Shown: positions 43,039 to 56,048, counted from the stretch's first letter. The stretch is 64,000 bases of DNA from Octopus sinensis (GCF_006345805.1 NC_043012.1:52576001-52640000), one strand, 5' to 3'. The notes: generated by a model from the letters alone, not told the origin. Program-made: numbers and translations.

Positions 43039-45756
43039 TCATAGGATCATAGTCAAGGTGGTTTCGTCATTCATACGTGCCATCATTGCTACATTCACCC
43101 ATCGTTTTTTAAAACATTCACTAGACAAAACTTGCCTCTCTACTCTCACTTTCCTCTTCAGGTGATGCTTGAAGAAGTTGATGAGAGATTGACCAGAGAG
43201 GAAAGTGTTTGTCTCTAATCCTTTCAGGCGCGTCCACCAGATACATTCCTTCGCCATAGCCACAAGTATGATAAAAATAGCTCTTCCTTCCCGTTTGGAG
43301 GAAGGAAGCGGGACGATATTAACGATAGACTCGGCTGATAAACCGACAGGTCCCACACGTGACAGCAGTCGTCCGACATAAGCCCACAGGTCTGAGATTG
43401 TTGGACACTGCACGATTGCGTGCAGAACGGTTTCGTCGCTCTACCCGCATCTCGGGCAGGTCGGCCCGGTGTTTCTCGAGCCATGCCTGTAGAGCTTATC
43501 CCGAACGGGCAGCGCTTCTCGGTAGCACTGCCAGGCCAGGGATCTCTGGAAGTTGTCCATAGGTCCCGGCCCGAAAGTCGTTTCAAACAGGCGGGTCAGG
43601 TATTCCTCGTCGGCACCCAGGTTTGCCCCAAGATCGTCGTCGTACCCGCCCCTCCACTATTCCCCTATAGAATGCTTTGGTTGTGTTGAAGTCACTCAAG
43701 GTCGACCCAGGACGGCAGAGTTGCTTGAGAGCAACGCAACACTCGCGGTGCCATTCACCCTTCCTCGGCCTCTTTTTGATCCACGACTGCAGTTCGGTCA
43801 TTGAGACGAGCTGCGGGAAAGCGTGCCTCACAAACGGCGACCACACCTGTTCACCGTCGTCTACATAGAGCCGGAGATGTCGCAGTCTCAGCGCGTGTCT
43901 GCGCATCATCAACCACGGCATGCCCAGCCCTCCTTTTAACGGGTGTTGACAGCAAATGGGTCGCCTGACCGTCGGGACGCATCCTTTCCACAAGAAGCAG
44001 AAGAGAATGCATTCTAGTTTGGTGATGGTAGGGTCGGGACAAGGTACGACGGTTAGGCGGTAGTAGATGAAGGACGCGATGTACGTGTTCGCCACCTCCG
44101 CCCGACGTTTGTGCCTTGTCGACCAGTTTATCGATGCCGAGCGCCAACCTCTTGGCTAACACCTTTCTCAAAATTTTCAGGTCTGCATTGAGCAGAGTGA
44201 TTGGCCTAAAGTTATTTATAATGTCCCCCTTGTTCGGATCTTTCTTCAGCAGCGTTACGGCTCCTGGACTCACAAAACCGGGTATGCTCCCGTTTTGCTG
44301 CCAGTTGCAGTATACCGCTGCCTAGACGTCTCCAAACAAGTCTGGCATACTCGTAAAACTCGTAGGGCAGACCATCCAAACCCGGCGATTTGTCTCTCGA
44401 GCATTCTGCCATTCCGTCCCGCACATCCGCCGCCGTGATGGCACCTTCGCAGCACTCTGCCTCTCTTGCCGAGAGTCGTGGTAGGCTGTGCAGGTAGGCA
44501 CTGAAGTCCATCCTGCGTTCACGCTCGCCACTCGTTCCGTACAGTCGGGCAAATTGCCGGTGAAATGCCTCGCACATCTTTCTGGGCTCGAGCAATTCGC
44601 GCCCTTGTTCATCTACAAGGGACCAGATGGCGGCTTTGTTGCCCTGCTGCGCCTCCGCCACCCGGGCCTCCCTCACGGCTCCAACACCTTCCATCCTTAG
44701 AGCATGCATCCTAACCCTCACAGCACACCCTTCGTGTTTGGCGTTGAAGTGTTGGTCAAGGGCCAACATCGCCGCTAAAACGTCGGATGTGATGCCGCTT
44801 CTTATTGCCTCTTCTAACTTCTTAACTAACTCACCCTCTACTCTATTTCTATCTACGGCTAGTGCCTTGCTATATCTAATTGCTTCCGCTTTTACTGCTC
44901 TCTTGAGGGCGAACCACCATTTTTTGTTGACGATGGCTCCCGTTAAAGCTCTTTTTACTAACGTGTTGATTCTGTCTCTGAAAACCTGTCTGGACGGGAA
45001 AGATGCGTTCAGTTCCCAGTAACCGGGACCTTGTCTATGTACCTTATCTAAGTCTAGCGTACACGTCACGAATTTGTGATCCGTGTAGCTGACAGTGTGG
45101 AATTGTGGACATCCTAAGTTATCCCTATCTACTGTCCTACACAGTATCCTATCTAGATACGATCTTGACAACCCACTGCGGTTGCTCCATGTCCACGTTG
45201 GTGCATTTGGGTGATCGAGTCGGTACCTGTCAGACAATTGGAATCGTCTGAGCAGGTCTCTGAGGCATTTGCATCCCCTTCTGTTTTTGTCTCTCCCCAC
45301 ATAGTCTAGATGCGTGTCCAAGGTAGCATTCCAACCCCCCACTAAAAGTAAAGGACGAGACGTTCCCAGGAATACTTCTAGACGTCGAAAGAAATCCGCC
45401 CGACCTGTTAAAGGCGGTGCGTAGACTGATACGAGTCGAAAAGCGCACCCATTGCTGCCGTCGACATCCAGAACGACCAGTCTACCCTCCGGGTCTATGA
45501 ATATCGTCTTGACTTCGAGATCCAGGCTCTTGTGAAAATTACCGTGGTGCCACTACCGCCCATCCTCGGCAGACAGGGAGAAAAATAAATGTTAAACTGT
45601 TCCTCCAAACATGGACTTTAGGGCCCGTGGCTCGTAGAATCTGGTCTCACTTATGGCTATGATTCCCAAATCGTGTGACTTGATGTCATTTAGGAGGTAC
45701 CCTTGTTTCCAAGGAGACCCCAAGCCACGCGCATTCACACAACCAATCTTGAACAT
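43039..45756 (-). pseudogene. ORF2 (endonuclease / reverse transcriptase) of the Tx1-like LINE, disrupted
   Basis: ATG at 45756, split across ORFs 44212..45342, 43851..44273, 43583..44095 and 43039..43413. Junction at ~44105 joins LVDKAQT directly to RAEVANTYIAS, removing RT domains 3-7 including the YADD motif. Confidence 0.85.
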
Positions 45757-45777
45757 GATTCTATTGGGGTGTGTGCT

Positions 45778-47186
45778 TTAAAACACAAAAGGAAGGTACA
45801 GAGAGTTACTTACTTGTGTCGAAAGTTTTGGCTTCCTCGTCCTTTGATGTGTCTTGGAGGAGGTTTTTGTACAGTTTTTTCGAGAGATATTTTTGGAACC
45901 CCCCACCAACCGCATTTGGAAAGAGGGCTTTGAGTGTGTGGTGATGTGTAGTATTTTGATGTGTTTCGGTGGTGTAGTGCGTGGATGGTTGTTAGTTTTG
46001 AGGTCATCTTCACAGATGTTTGTGTGGGCTGTGATGTACTCCATTAGTTTTGAGTCTTTGGTGTCTATCGCTGATAGCATAGTGTGTGTTTTTGTGGTGT
46101 TTGTGCTGGTTTGGTTGTGTAAGGAGCTTTCAGGGTTCAGATATCTCCCTGCTTTGGTTGAGTTTTCTTGTTTGGGTTTTTTAATCTTTTTCTTTTTGCC
46201 ATTCTGTCGAACTTTCATGGTTTGACGAAGAGTGTGACGAATCAGAAGGGGGTAAGGGCAAAGCATCTGGGTCTGTTTGTGCGGTTGTAGATATTGTTGT
46301 GGTGTGCGTGGGGGGGGGTGTTGCTTGGGGTTTGGTGTGGTAATTGTCTCTTCTACATCCTCGGTGCTTGTCTTCTTCGTTGTTGTTCTTGGTGTTGGAA
46401 TTGATTTAGTTGTTGTTGGTGGTGTTGATTCTGTTCTTGGCGCAGGTGGTGGTGTTGTTTGGTTGGGTTGGTTCGTTCTTTGTTACTTTTCATGCATTTC
46501 TGCATATAACTGCTTGATTAGCCGTCCATACTGTGGTGTGGGCAATAACGCTGGCTTTTTTGGTTTTTCCTGCGGCTGTTGTTGTTATTGTCGTTGTTTC
46601 GCGGCAGATTTGCACTCCTTTTTGAGGTGTGCTTCACTGCCGCATATATAGCAGCGTGGCCTTCTGCCCTCGACTACTACATACAACTTGTGGTCTTCCG
46701 CAAGATGTATATGAGTGAGTATTTTGTTAATGGCGTCTTGGTTTATGTGGAGGAGAATCTCTAGTCTCTTTCCCACCCAGTTCTTGTGTTCCGAAACAGC
46801 GATTTGCAGGATGTTTATGTCCTCCAGTTTATGTCCTCCATTTCGACGCATATGGCCGATGTTATCCATTGTATCTCTACTATTTTAGGAACATTATTGA
46901 TAATGACTTTTCTTACCCTCTGGCCAAGGTAACTGGGTATCATTGTTAGCTCATCTGAATGAAGAGTTAGCATTGAGAATTGTTTTGCTATATCTTCATT
47001 TTGAAAAACTACCTGTACGTGGGCAAACTTGTTCGACCAAGTTACATACTCATAGTATCCCCATATGGGGCGTAGGCATTTTTTGATTTTGTCTGTGTTT
47101 GCTTTTCTGGACTTTTAGTTGTGTTGTTTATTATTTTATATACAATTGTTCTCTTTTTTTGTCATCAAGTATGTGTTGAGGTATCT
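45778..47186 (-). pseudogene. ORF1 of the Tx1-like LINE, frameshifted and 5'-truncated
   Basis: RTIVYKII...FAHVQVVFQNEDIAKQF...MIPSYLGQRVRKVIINNVP...VEGRRPRCYICG, then a Pro/Thr-rich linker. A duplicated GGAGGACATAAAC near 46815-46840 shifts the frame. Confidence 0.8.
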
Positions 47187-47294
<108 letters not shown>

Positions 47295-47379
47295 CGTGGG
47301 AGATTAGTAAGAAGATTTCTTTTCAACCACAAGATTCACGGTTCTGTCACACTGCTTGACCACTCTAGGCAGAAGGCTG

Positions 47380-47790
47380 GAAATTTTGGGAGAGGGGGCC
47401 AGTCGATTAGACCAACCCTGAAAGGATGAAAGGCAAAGTCGACCTCGGCGGTATTTGAACTCAGAAAGTGTTTTCTTCTATAGCCCAGGCCGACCAGAGC
47501 TTCGGAAGTAGATTTGGTTTGACGAAAACTGAAAGAAGCTCGTATGTCCACGCATAGACACACACACAACACACACACACACACACACACATACAAATAC
47601 ACACATGTACATATGCGTGTGTGTGTGCTCACCGCAGTGTAGCAGTTACACATTAGAGACCGTCGGAATGAATAAAGTTTAAAAATAAGCAGCAGTTGGG
47701 TGGATTCGTTGGGCTGAAGCCGTTGAAGACAATGCCCCAGTATGGCTGCAGTCAAATGACGGAAACATGTAAAGGGATAAAATATTTATT
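47380..47790. mobile_element. Partial family A SINE (minus, 47380-47465) joined to a degraded family D SINE (plus, 47470-47790)
   Basis: GAAAGGATGAAAGGCAAAGTCGACCTCGGCGGTATTTGAACTCAGAA, then CTATAGCCCAGGCCGACC..GCAGTCAAATGAC. Confidence 0.65.
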
Positions 47791-47840
47791 CTTTATTCTT
47801 TTATTCTTTTACTCTTTTATTCTTTTCAACGAAAAGTTTC

Positions 47841-48654
47841 ACCTACTTTTCCCATCTGAGCCAAATAACATAAACTTAGATTCATCACTGAAATGCACCG
47901 TTTGCCATTTTTCTTGAGACCACAACACATGTTCGGTTGCAAAGGTAAGACGACACTTTTTATTTTTGGAGCTGATCAGTGGCTTCACTGCTGGTGATCT
48001 TGCTTGTAGGTTATGTTCAGCTAAACGAAGAGACAAGTTTTTCGAGATAACGTTTTCTTCAGTACAATGCTCATTTCGCGAGAAACAGCAGCAGCAGTTT
48101 TAAATCTGTCCTTTTTAACCAACTTTACCATAGCACGATCTTCTCTCTTGGTCGTTTTTCTTGGTCTATCTGTAGATTTTCTTGCTTCACACGAACCACA
48201 ATCATCGAAGACCTTAAGAATAGCGTGTACAACACTTTTTAACTTGTTAACAATCTTTGCAATAGACCCAATACTTCAATTATCCTTCTTTCGAAGCTTA
48301 ATAATATGCTGACGAATTGATAACGGAGTAAGTGGCATTATATTAACAAAGTACACTGCAGATATTCTTACTAATGTTTAGTAAACGAACCGTCACGTAA
48401 ACAAATTCAAAACATTAGAGTTCGCCGGTTAAATATACTAAAACATTTTGGCCGCCATGGGTTTTGCAGTAAATCACTAAATCATCCATAACTTTTGTAT
48501 TATCCTCTCAAATTACACCAAAATCTCAGACAATAACAATTACTATTGTATTTATTGTCTGTGAAAATTATAGAATATAAAACAACTTTGATAAAAAATT
48601 ATATCTACTTTTCTGGCGAAAACAATGCCGATCTGAACATTTTGGCCGCAACTG
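47841..48654 (-). mobile_element. Tc1-type transposon, 5' half only
   Basis: TIR CAGTTGCGGCCAAAAT with TA at 48655-48656. Transposase segment KPLISSKNKKCRLTFATEHVLWSQEKWQTVHFSDESKF (first catalytic Asp), truncated after FGSDGK. Confidence 0.85.
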
Positions 48655-48658
48655 TATA

Positions 48659-48889
48659 TACTCTTTTACTCTTTTACTTGTTTCAGTCATTTGACTGCGG
48701 CCATGCTGGAGCACCGCCTTTAGTCGAGCAAATCGTCCCTGAGACTTATTCTTTGTAAGCCTAGTACTTATTCTATCGGTCTATTTTGCCGAACCGCTAA
48801 GGTACGGGGACGTAAATACACCAGCATCGGATGTCAAGCGATGTTGGGGAGACAAACATATATACACACAAACAAATATATACACACGT

Positions 48890-48964
<75 letters not shown>

Positions 48965-49125
48965 CGACGGGCTTCTTTCAGTTTCCGTCTACCAAATCCA
49001 CTCACAAGGCTTAGGTCGGCCCGAGGCTATAGTAGAAAACACTTGCCCAAGGTGCAACGCAGTGGGACTGAACCTGGATCCATGTAGTTGGTAAGCAATC
49101 TACTTACACAGCCACTCCTGCGCCT
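48659..49125 (-). mobile_element. Full-length family D SINE
   Basis: Reverse complement begins AGGCGCAGGAGTGGCTGTGTAAG and ends GACTGAAACAAGTAAAAGAGTAAAAGAG, with internal (TA)n. Confidence 0.85.
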
Positions 49126-49539
49126 ATAAACTTACCACACAGCCACTCCACAAATATATAGGTGTGTGCGTCTGTGTGCGTGTGTGTGTGTGTGTGTGTG
49201 AGTGATTGTGTGTGTGTGTGCGCGCGCGTGTGTATGTGTGAGTGTGTGTGTGTGTGTATGTGTGTATTCATGCATATATATATTTAGGGCTATACTTTCA
49301 AAGATCATTATTCACAGTTTCTCAACTACTATCGTGTACATATATGCGTATCGCACATTTTTACACACACATACAGACACAGACACAGGCACACATACAT
49401 ACACACACACACTCACACACACGCATAAATACATAAGCATTGATTTTTATTCAGTAATTTGATGAATGCAGGTGATGCTAATACACTTTATCCTTCATTA
49501 CGGCAATCTTGACGATGCATCATGAATATAAATTATTGT

Positions 49540-49750
49540 TGAATATTGGTTTCAAATTTTGACAAAGCCAGTGATATCGAGGACGAGACAAGTTGAATAC
49601 ATCGATCCCAGTTCTGAATTGCTACTTATTATTTTATCGAACCCGAAAGAATGAAAGCCAAAGTCGACATCGGTAGCATTTGAACTTAGAACATAAAGAC
49701 GGGCGAAATGCCGCTAAATACTTTGTCCGGCGTGCTAACAATCCGGCATG
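49540..49750 (-). mobile_element. Family A SINE, alternative tail
   Basis: CGAAAGAATGAAAGCCAAAGTCGAC..TTTGAACTTAGAAC..GTCCGGCGTGCTAAC. Confidence 0.75.
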
Positions 49751-49791
49751 CACACGCACACACACGCACACACACATACACACACACACAC

Positions 49792-49849
<58 letters not shown>

Positions 49850-50023
49850 ATATATACAAGGGGCTTCTTTCAGTTTCCGTATATATCTACATATATATAC
49901 ACACACACACACACACATATATATATACACTTTATTTAAAAGCACCAGAAATTCAACAAAACCTGTTACTCGGAGTTTCACGTTCCCGTTCGTCGGACAG
50001 TTTTGCATAAATGTTTACTCCGG

Positions 50024-50075
<52 letters not shown>

Positions 50076-50454
50076 TGCCAAATCGCTACCTTATCCTTGT
50101 CTATTATATAGGTTTCAAACTTTAGCACAAGGCAGGCAAGAACGAGAGAATGGTTTAGTCAATCACATCGGCCGCCACGGTTGCATGGTATCCGCTTAAT
50201 ATCGCGAGTTTAAATCTCGTGAAGATCAACTGTCTTTCATGCATCAGCTACCGATAAATTATAGAAGCAATAAAATTCTGGTTCCATGGTGTCGATTCTT
50301 CCAAATTGCCGGCTATGTGCCTAAGGAAGGAACATTTGCGCAATAGCATCGATAAAACAGATCGATCGATTATTGTACCAGTTAAGTACTGAGGTAAAAA
50401 AAAAAGGAATCGACTACACTTCTTCCTTAAGAATGGCTGGCTTTGTGTCTTTAT

Positions 50455-50532
50455 TCGGAATTATTATTATCATTATAATTATTATTATTATCATTATTAT
50501 TATTATTATTATCATTATAATTATTATTATTA

Positions 50533-50581
<49 letters not shown>

Positions 50582-50624
50582 GATTATTATCATCATCATC
50601 ATTGACTGTGGTGGTGGGGTCGTT

Positions 50625-50673
<49 letters not shown>

Positions 50674-50690
50674 GTGGTGGTGGGGTGAGT
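50455..50690. repeat. Compound trinucleotide microsatellite (ATT)n-(ATC)n-(GTA)n-(GGT)n
   Basis: Direct reading. Confidence 0.9.
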
Positions 50691-51431
50691 GTTGTTTGGA
50701 TGAGAAGTAGTAGGAGGGGTGACGAAGAGTAGGTGGAGATGAAGGAAATTATTCGTCTTATTTCTACGCGTTTTTGTTGTATATCCGACATGCAGATCAA
50801 TGCGCCGTTGAGTTCTTTTAACGTCGTTTTTTGTTTTGTTTTGTTTTGTTTTTTTTTTGTAACAGTAGATTTAGTGTTGTACTTAATATACATATAGTGG
50901 TGCAAAATCTCTATTTTTTTTTAGGCATGTTGTGTACATATATCTGTTAATACTGAAATATCTCTTTTACATTTGTCCATGCCGTCATATATTTTGTAAT
51001 GCCTGGGGTGTATATACGTGTGTAAGATTGTATGTATATAAGTGTGTGAGTGTATGAGTGTGTGCGTGTATGCATATACATTTGTGTATATGGATTTATT
51101 CAGTAATTTTTTCCTGCTCCGACATTATAGATACATCCATTTTCAACTCTTATATATATTTATATAAATTTTCTATGCTTTTATTGGAGCTATATTGTCT
51201 CTTAGTGTGATTGATATACACAACAGATGATTTTTTTTTACCCGAATCCCCATGAAAATGATATTTGAGCAACATGTTTTTACTTCTGTTCCATGTACCA
51301 TACACAATATTTTAGACATCAACGATTTTTTCGATACTTTTACAGGGTATGCTTGGAAATGCATTCGCCCTATTACGATACTGTAAGCTCTTACCTTGTT
51401 ATTTTCCCGTAGACTTTATTACTATTATGAT

Positions 51432-51977
51432 TGAGTGAGAGAGCAGTTCATGCAATCAAAGTGACACTGGGGTAAAATATACGAAGCCCAGTATACCCAT
51501 CATGACTACTCGTCTGATAAACGTACACATGGCACATGCATCACAGCCATATGTGCGCGACATGGTGATCTCATATCAAGATAAACAGCGCATGACCTTG
51601 CATGTGGGTCCCAGTTAGAATTTTCATCTGGTCGAGTAACCCATCAAAAGGTCCCTCAATAAGGATAGTTTAAGAATGTTGAACGAACCATCCCTGTTTC
51701 CAGAGGTGAATTATCCAAACCTCTGAAAATTCCTTTCAACACACGGCTATGATGCTCCCCCACTACTTCTGCTCGTGATCAGAAATGCACATATCGTCAG
51801 CCACTAAGGGACATGCTCAACTGGTTAAGGTCAAACAACTGACAAGCAAATCTGTGGTATTGAGCAGAATATTTGCTGTATATTTTATACCAAGACATAA
51901 CAATGTACATGATAACACTTCCAATCAGCTAAGATCAGAAGCCACGAGAGCCAGTGCCTGGCACTGCATCAGGGCAT
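51432..51977. mobile_element. Unclassified ~550-590 bp interspersed repeat embedded in (ATT)n, copy 1
   Basis: Same termini as copy 2: TGAGTGAGAGAGCAGT ... GCATCAGGGCATTT. No ORF, no TIR. Confidence 0.75.
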
Positions 51978-52044
51978 TTTATTATTATTATTATTATTAT
52001 CATTATTATTATTATTATTATTAATATTATTATTATTTTCATTA

Positions 52045-52420
52045 AGGCAGCGAGCTGGCAGAATCCTTAGAATGCAGGTTAAAATGCTTAGCGTCATTTT
52101 GTCCGTCTTTACTTTCTGGATTCAAATTCCACCGAGTCCGACTTTGCCTTTCATCCTTTCGGAATCGATAAAATAAGAAGTTGAGAACTGGGATCGATCT
52201 AAACGACTTACTCCGACCCCAAAATTGCTGACCTAGTGCCAAAAAAAAATTAAGTGCGCTGGCAGAATCACTAGCACACCGGGCAAAAAGTTAAACGGCA
52301 TTTCGTCTGTCTGCACGTTCTGAGTTCAAATTCCGTCGAAGTCGACTTTGTTTTTCATCCTTGCGTGGTCGATTAAATAAGTACCAGTTACGCACTGAGA
52401 TCGATGTAATCGACTTAATC
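52045..52420 (+). mobile_element. Two tandem family A SINE copies
   Basis: AAGGCAGCGAGCTGGCAG at ~52045 and GCTGGCAGAATC at ~52258, each followed by the family A body. Confidence 0.8.
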
Positions 52421-52510
52421 CCTTCCCCCTTTTTTGAAGCCTTATACTTCCAGTAGAAAGGATTGTCGTTATTATTATTATTATTATATTATTATTATTA
52501 TTATTATTAT

Positions 52511-53098
52511 TGAGTGAGAGAGCAGTGCATGCCATCAAAGTGACACTGGGGTAAAATATACGAAGCCCAATATACCCATCATGACTACCCGTCTGATAAG
52601 GGTACACCAGGCACATGCATCACAACCATATGTGCGCGACATGGTGATCTCATATCAAGATAAACAGCACATGACCTTGCAGGTGGGGCCCAGTTAGAAT
52701 TTTCTTCAGGTTGAGTAGCCCATCCCGCTCAAAAGGTCCCTGAATAAGGGTTGTTTAAGGATGTTGAAAGAACCACTCATGTTTCCAGAGGTGAATTATT
52801 CAAACCCCAAAGAATCCCTCTCAACACATGGCTATGATGCTCCCCCACTACTTCTGCTCGTGATCAGAGATGCACATATCGTCAGCCACTAAGGGACATG
52901 CTCAACTGGTTAAGGTCAAGCAACTGACAAGCAACTGACAAGCAACTGACAAGCAACTGACAAGCAAATCTGTGGTATTGAGCAGAATATTTGCTGTAGC
53001 CCATCTTTTATACCAAGACAAAACAATGTACATGATAACACTTCCAATCAGTTAAGATCAGAAGCCATGAGAGCCACTGCCTGGTACTGCATCAGGGC

Positions 53099-53100
<2 letters not shown>
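52511..53100. mobile_element. Unclassified (ATT)n-embedded repeat, copy 2, with internal 4x CAACTGACAAG expansion (52921-52964)
   Basis: Colinear with 51432-51977; (ATT)n on both sides. Confidence 0.8.
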
Positions 53101-53133
<33 letters not shown>

Positions 53134-53135
<2 letters not shown>

Positions 53136-53580
53136 GAAAATATATTTCAAGCTAATTTATTTAACTTTTACAGGTATAGTACTGAGTTTTGCTTATGGCA
53201 TGTCTTCTCAAAACTTAAGGACTTTTAGGAGGATTTTTGCTGAATATTTAATGGTACTTTTCTTCAGGTCGACAATACTTGTCTCAATTCTTTTTAGGCA
53301 GAGTTTTGGGTACTGATCCCTGTACACACCCATTTAGCACAAGAACTATTGTCCATAGCGAGATACAAGGGCTGCTTAAGAATCCCTTTGTCGATCTGAC
53401 TAGATTCTGATATTTCTCACTTTTCTGTTATCCACTTCTCTGTCGTATAAGATTGTCAAGCACAAGGGTTTTATAGTGTTAGTTCTTTCTGTCCCCTACG
53501 ATCGTATCTGGTCTCGTTGCTTCACCAGCATGATCAGTTTCCATGCAGAAATCCCATAAAAATCTTCTAATATTGATTCA
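53134..53580 (-). mobile_element. R4/Dong-clade LINE 3' fragment (restriction-like endonuclease end plus 3' UTR) ending in (TAA)n
   Basis: Minus-strand peptides WDF.METDHAGEATRPDTIV (cf. WDF.IQTD..I.ARRPDIV), EKYQNL and TSIVDLKKSTIKYSAKILLKVL, then a short UTR and (TAA)n. Degraded. Confidence 0.7.
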
Positions 53581-54341
53581 TAATGATAGCTTCTGTTCCA
53601 TGGTCAAACCGATTGTTATCATCAGAACCAACATCACCACCACTACCATCATTATCATCATCATCACCATTATCATCGTCATCGTCGTCATTGCTACTGT
53701 GATTTTATGCTAAAATGAGCAGGCGTCTATGTCAGATCTCCGATAAAATCATTTTTAACAGGATTATCAAATGAAAAAGGAAGCTTTTTTGTTTAATGTT
53801 AGTAAAATTTTTATTGTATTCTATCAGTTCATTTCTTTTCCAGAATTTACCTCATTATCTGCGGTAGATGAAAGGTTCGCCTTCAGATATTTTTAATTGT
53901 TTATAAAACTTTGGCAAACAACCACTTCTAATATTCATACGTGTTGCATGATTGCCATTTCAGAAGTAGCATGGTATGGTGCTTGTTGCACCGGTGCTAG
54001 CAAAATCCTCAATCCTAAATCAGTTAATATGCTCCCAATAATTACAAGCATGAGCTCCAATATTATACAGAATATAAAAAAAAAAGCAACAGACTATGAA
54101 ATAACCATTTACACCAAAAGAACTCTTTAAGCTTTAACAAAATTGTACAATGAAGAACACAAAAATGAATGTTATTTAAAACCTCCTTACTCAGTTTCAG
54201 ATTTGTACACAAAAAGAATTCAGGAATGCATAAAACAGCATAGACACAATGCATCATAGACACAAAAAAGGGAAAGCAGAGAAAAGCCTATTTCATAAAC
54301 CCCGGGAAGTAAAGTTTTGCTCAAGAGTTCAAACTGTGTAC

Positions 54342-54547
54342 AGATAATTCGTCGACAGACAATTCGCCGACAGACAATTCGCCGACAGAAAATTCGCCTC
54401 AGGTTCAACACAGAGGCCTACGTCAAGTGCCTGGAGGAGGGTGGCTGCTGGAACACCCTTTGTCTAGCAACAGGACTCTGCACCATACCACACAATTTTC
54501 CTATCTGTAAGTTGTCTGTTGGCCACCTGTCTGTCGACGAATTGTCC
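54342..54547. mobile_element. Small TIR-bounded element with 15-bp subterminal repeats enclosing a maT-like transposase fragment
   Basis: Left: GA(T/C)AATTCG(T/C)CGACA x3.7 (54343-54398). Right: TGTCTGTCGACGAATTGTCC (54528-54547), its reverse complement. Interior translates RFNTEAYVKCLEE / VAAGTPFV*QQDSAPYHT. Confidence 0.65.
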
Positions 54548-55064
54548 ATCTATCGATCAAACATCTGCATGATTTTTGAGAGAAACATATTCATAAACAT
54601 TTTTGAAAACGAGCGGTTAGAAATACGTGATTTTACTTAAAGTTAATGAATATCTATATTCATTAAATAAATTTTAATGAATTGTTTATACATATTTATT
54701 CATAACAATGCTATATTGATACTGCAGTAATATCTACCCGAAAAGTTTATAAGCTTGCGCAATATAGATTATGTTAGATACTATTTTACTTACATTTTCC
54801 AAAAGTAGCTCTGGGCTACTTTCTTTCTGTAGCTAGTAAGACCGGGGTGAGCGAAGACTGACGAGTTTTTAATCGAAATCAGTCGATTTGATTCTCGCCC
54901 CATTTAGCTGAAAGCTATATAGGGTGGCTAAATATGTATTTTTGAAATGTGTGGATATAAGGCCTCCTATATATTTATATGCGTTTCACTATTATTTCTT
55001 TCCATTTTTAAAAATAAAAACAAGATATTCGAGGTAGCTTTCTTATATTTAATATAGATGGATA

Positions 55065-55069
55065 GATAA

Positions 55070-55125
<56 letters not shown>

Positions 55126-55467
55126 GAAGGTAAATAGGTAGGTAGGTAGGTAGGTAGGTAGGTAGGTAGGTAGGTAGGTAGGTAGGTAGGTAGGTAGGTG
55201 GATAGGTGGGTAGGTAAGTAGGTAGGTAGGTAGGTGGATAGGTGGGTAGGTAGGTAGGTAGGTAGTTTGGTAAATAGGTAAGTTGGTAGTCAGAAAGCCA
55301 GACGGAGGCTTGTATGATTGTACATATATGTAAATATATATATATATATATTTATAAGTATGTATATATGCGTGTATACACATTTATGTATGTGTATACA
55401 TATACACATATATTTATATACATATATGTTGTGTATGTATATACGTATATATATATAAATATATATG

Positions 55468-55515
<48 letters not shown>
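55065..55515. repeat. (GATA)n grading into (GGTA)n, then (TA)n
   Basis: Direct reading. Confidence 0.9.
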
Positions 55516-56048
55516 AAAGAACTCAACATATAATCAAGAATTCTTGATGTTCCTTGATTCCTTGCTTTTCTACGATATGTATTTATGTAGCTAATTGTAA
55601 ATGCATATGTTCATACAGGAGCATTTTATGCTAATATTTTATATACACGATACGTCATTTCAGATTTCAGTGATATTGTGTTTACATATAAATGTAAGAT
55701 AAACGTTAAGTATAGAACAATAGAACAATTGATGCTGTTCTGATGTCTTGTCTGGTCTGTGTAAAACCGTTCTTGAACGTTCGGATCATATGTATCGTAA
55801 TATCATATAGACATTTGTTGTGTGTATTTGTGTGCGAGTAGTTGTGAGTGCAAGTGTGAGGAGCTGGGGAAAGTGCAGCTGCATTCATAACTATATGTGT
55901 GTGTGTGTGTGTGTGAATATATGTATATATGTGCGCAGCTTTATACTTGTACATGTATAAATACGTAACTATATTTTTCTAGACATATATTCATATATAT
56001 ACATACACACACAGTTGTACACACACACACATATATATATGGATAAAT

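Larger units (their letters stand above)
42691..47186 (-). mobile_element. Tx1/L1-clade non-LTR retrotransposon; 5'-truncated in ORF1, RT core deleted, inserted in (GATA)n
   Basis: ORF1 with CCHC (RCYICGSEAHLKKEC). ORF2 with APE endonuclease (MFKIGCVNARGL, GGWNATL, SYLDRI, TDHK), RT N-terminus (KSPGLDGLPYEFY, NFRPITLLNADLKIL) and C-terminal CTRCG..ETVLHAIVQCP region. 3' UTR ends AATAAAGAAACA followed by (TATC)n. Confidence 0.92.

Noticed and set aside
54343-54398. CRISPR-like short repeat array
   Set aside because: The 15-bp units are contiguous with no spacers, the context is eukaryotic, and there are no cas genes.
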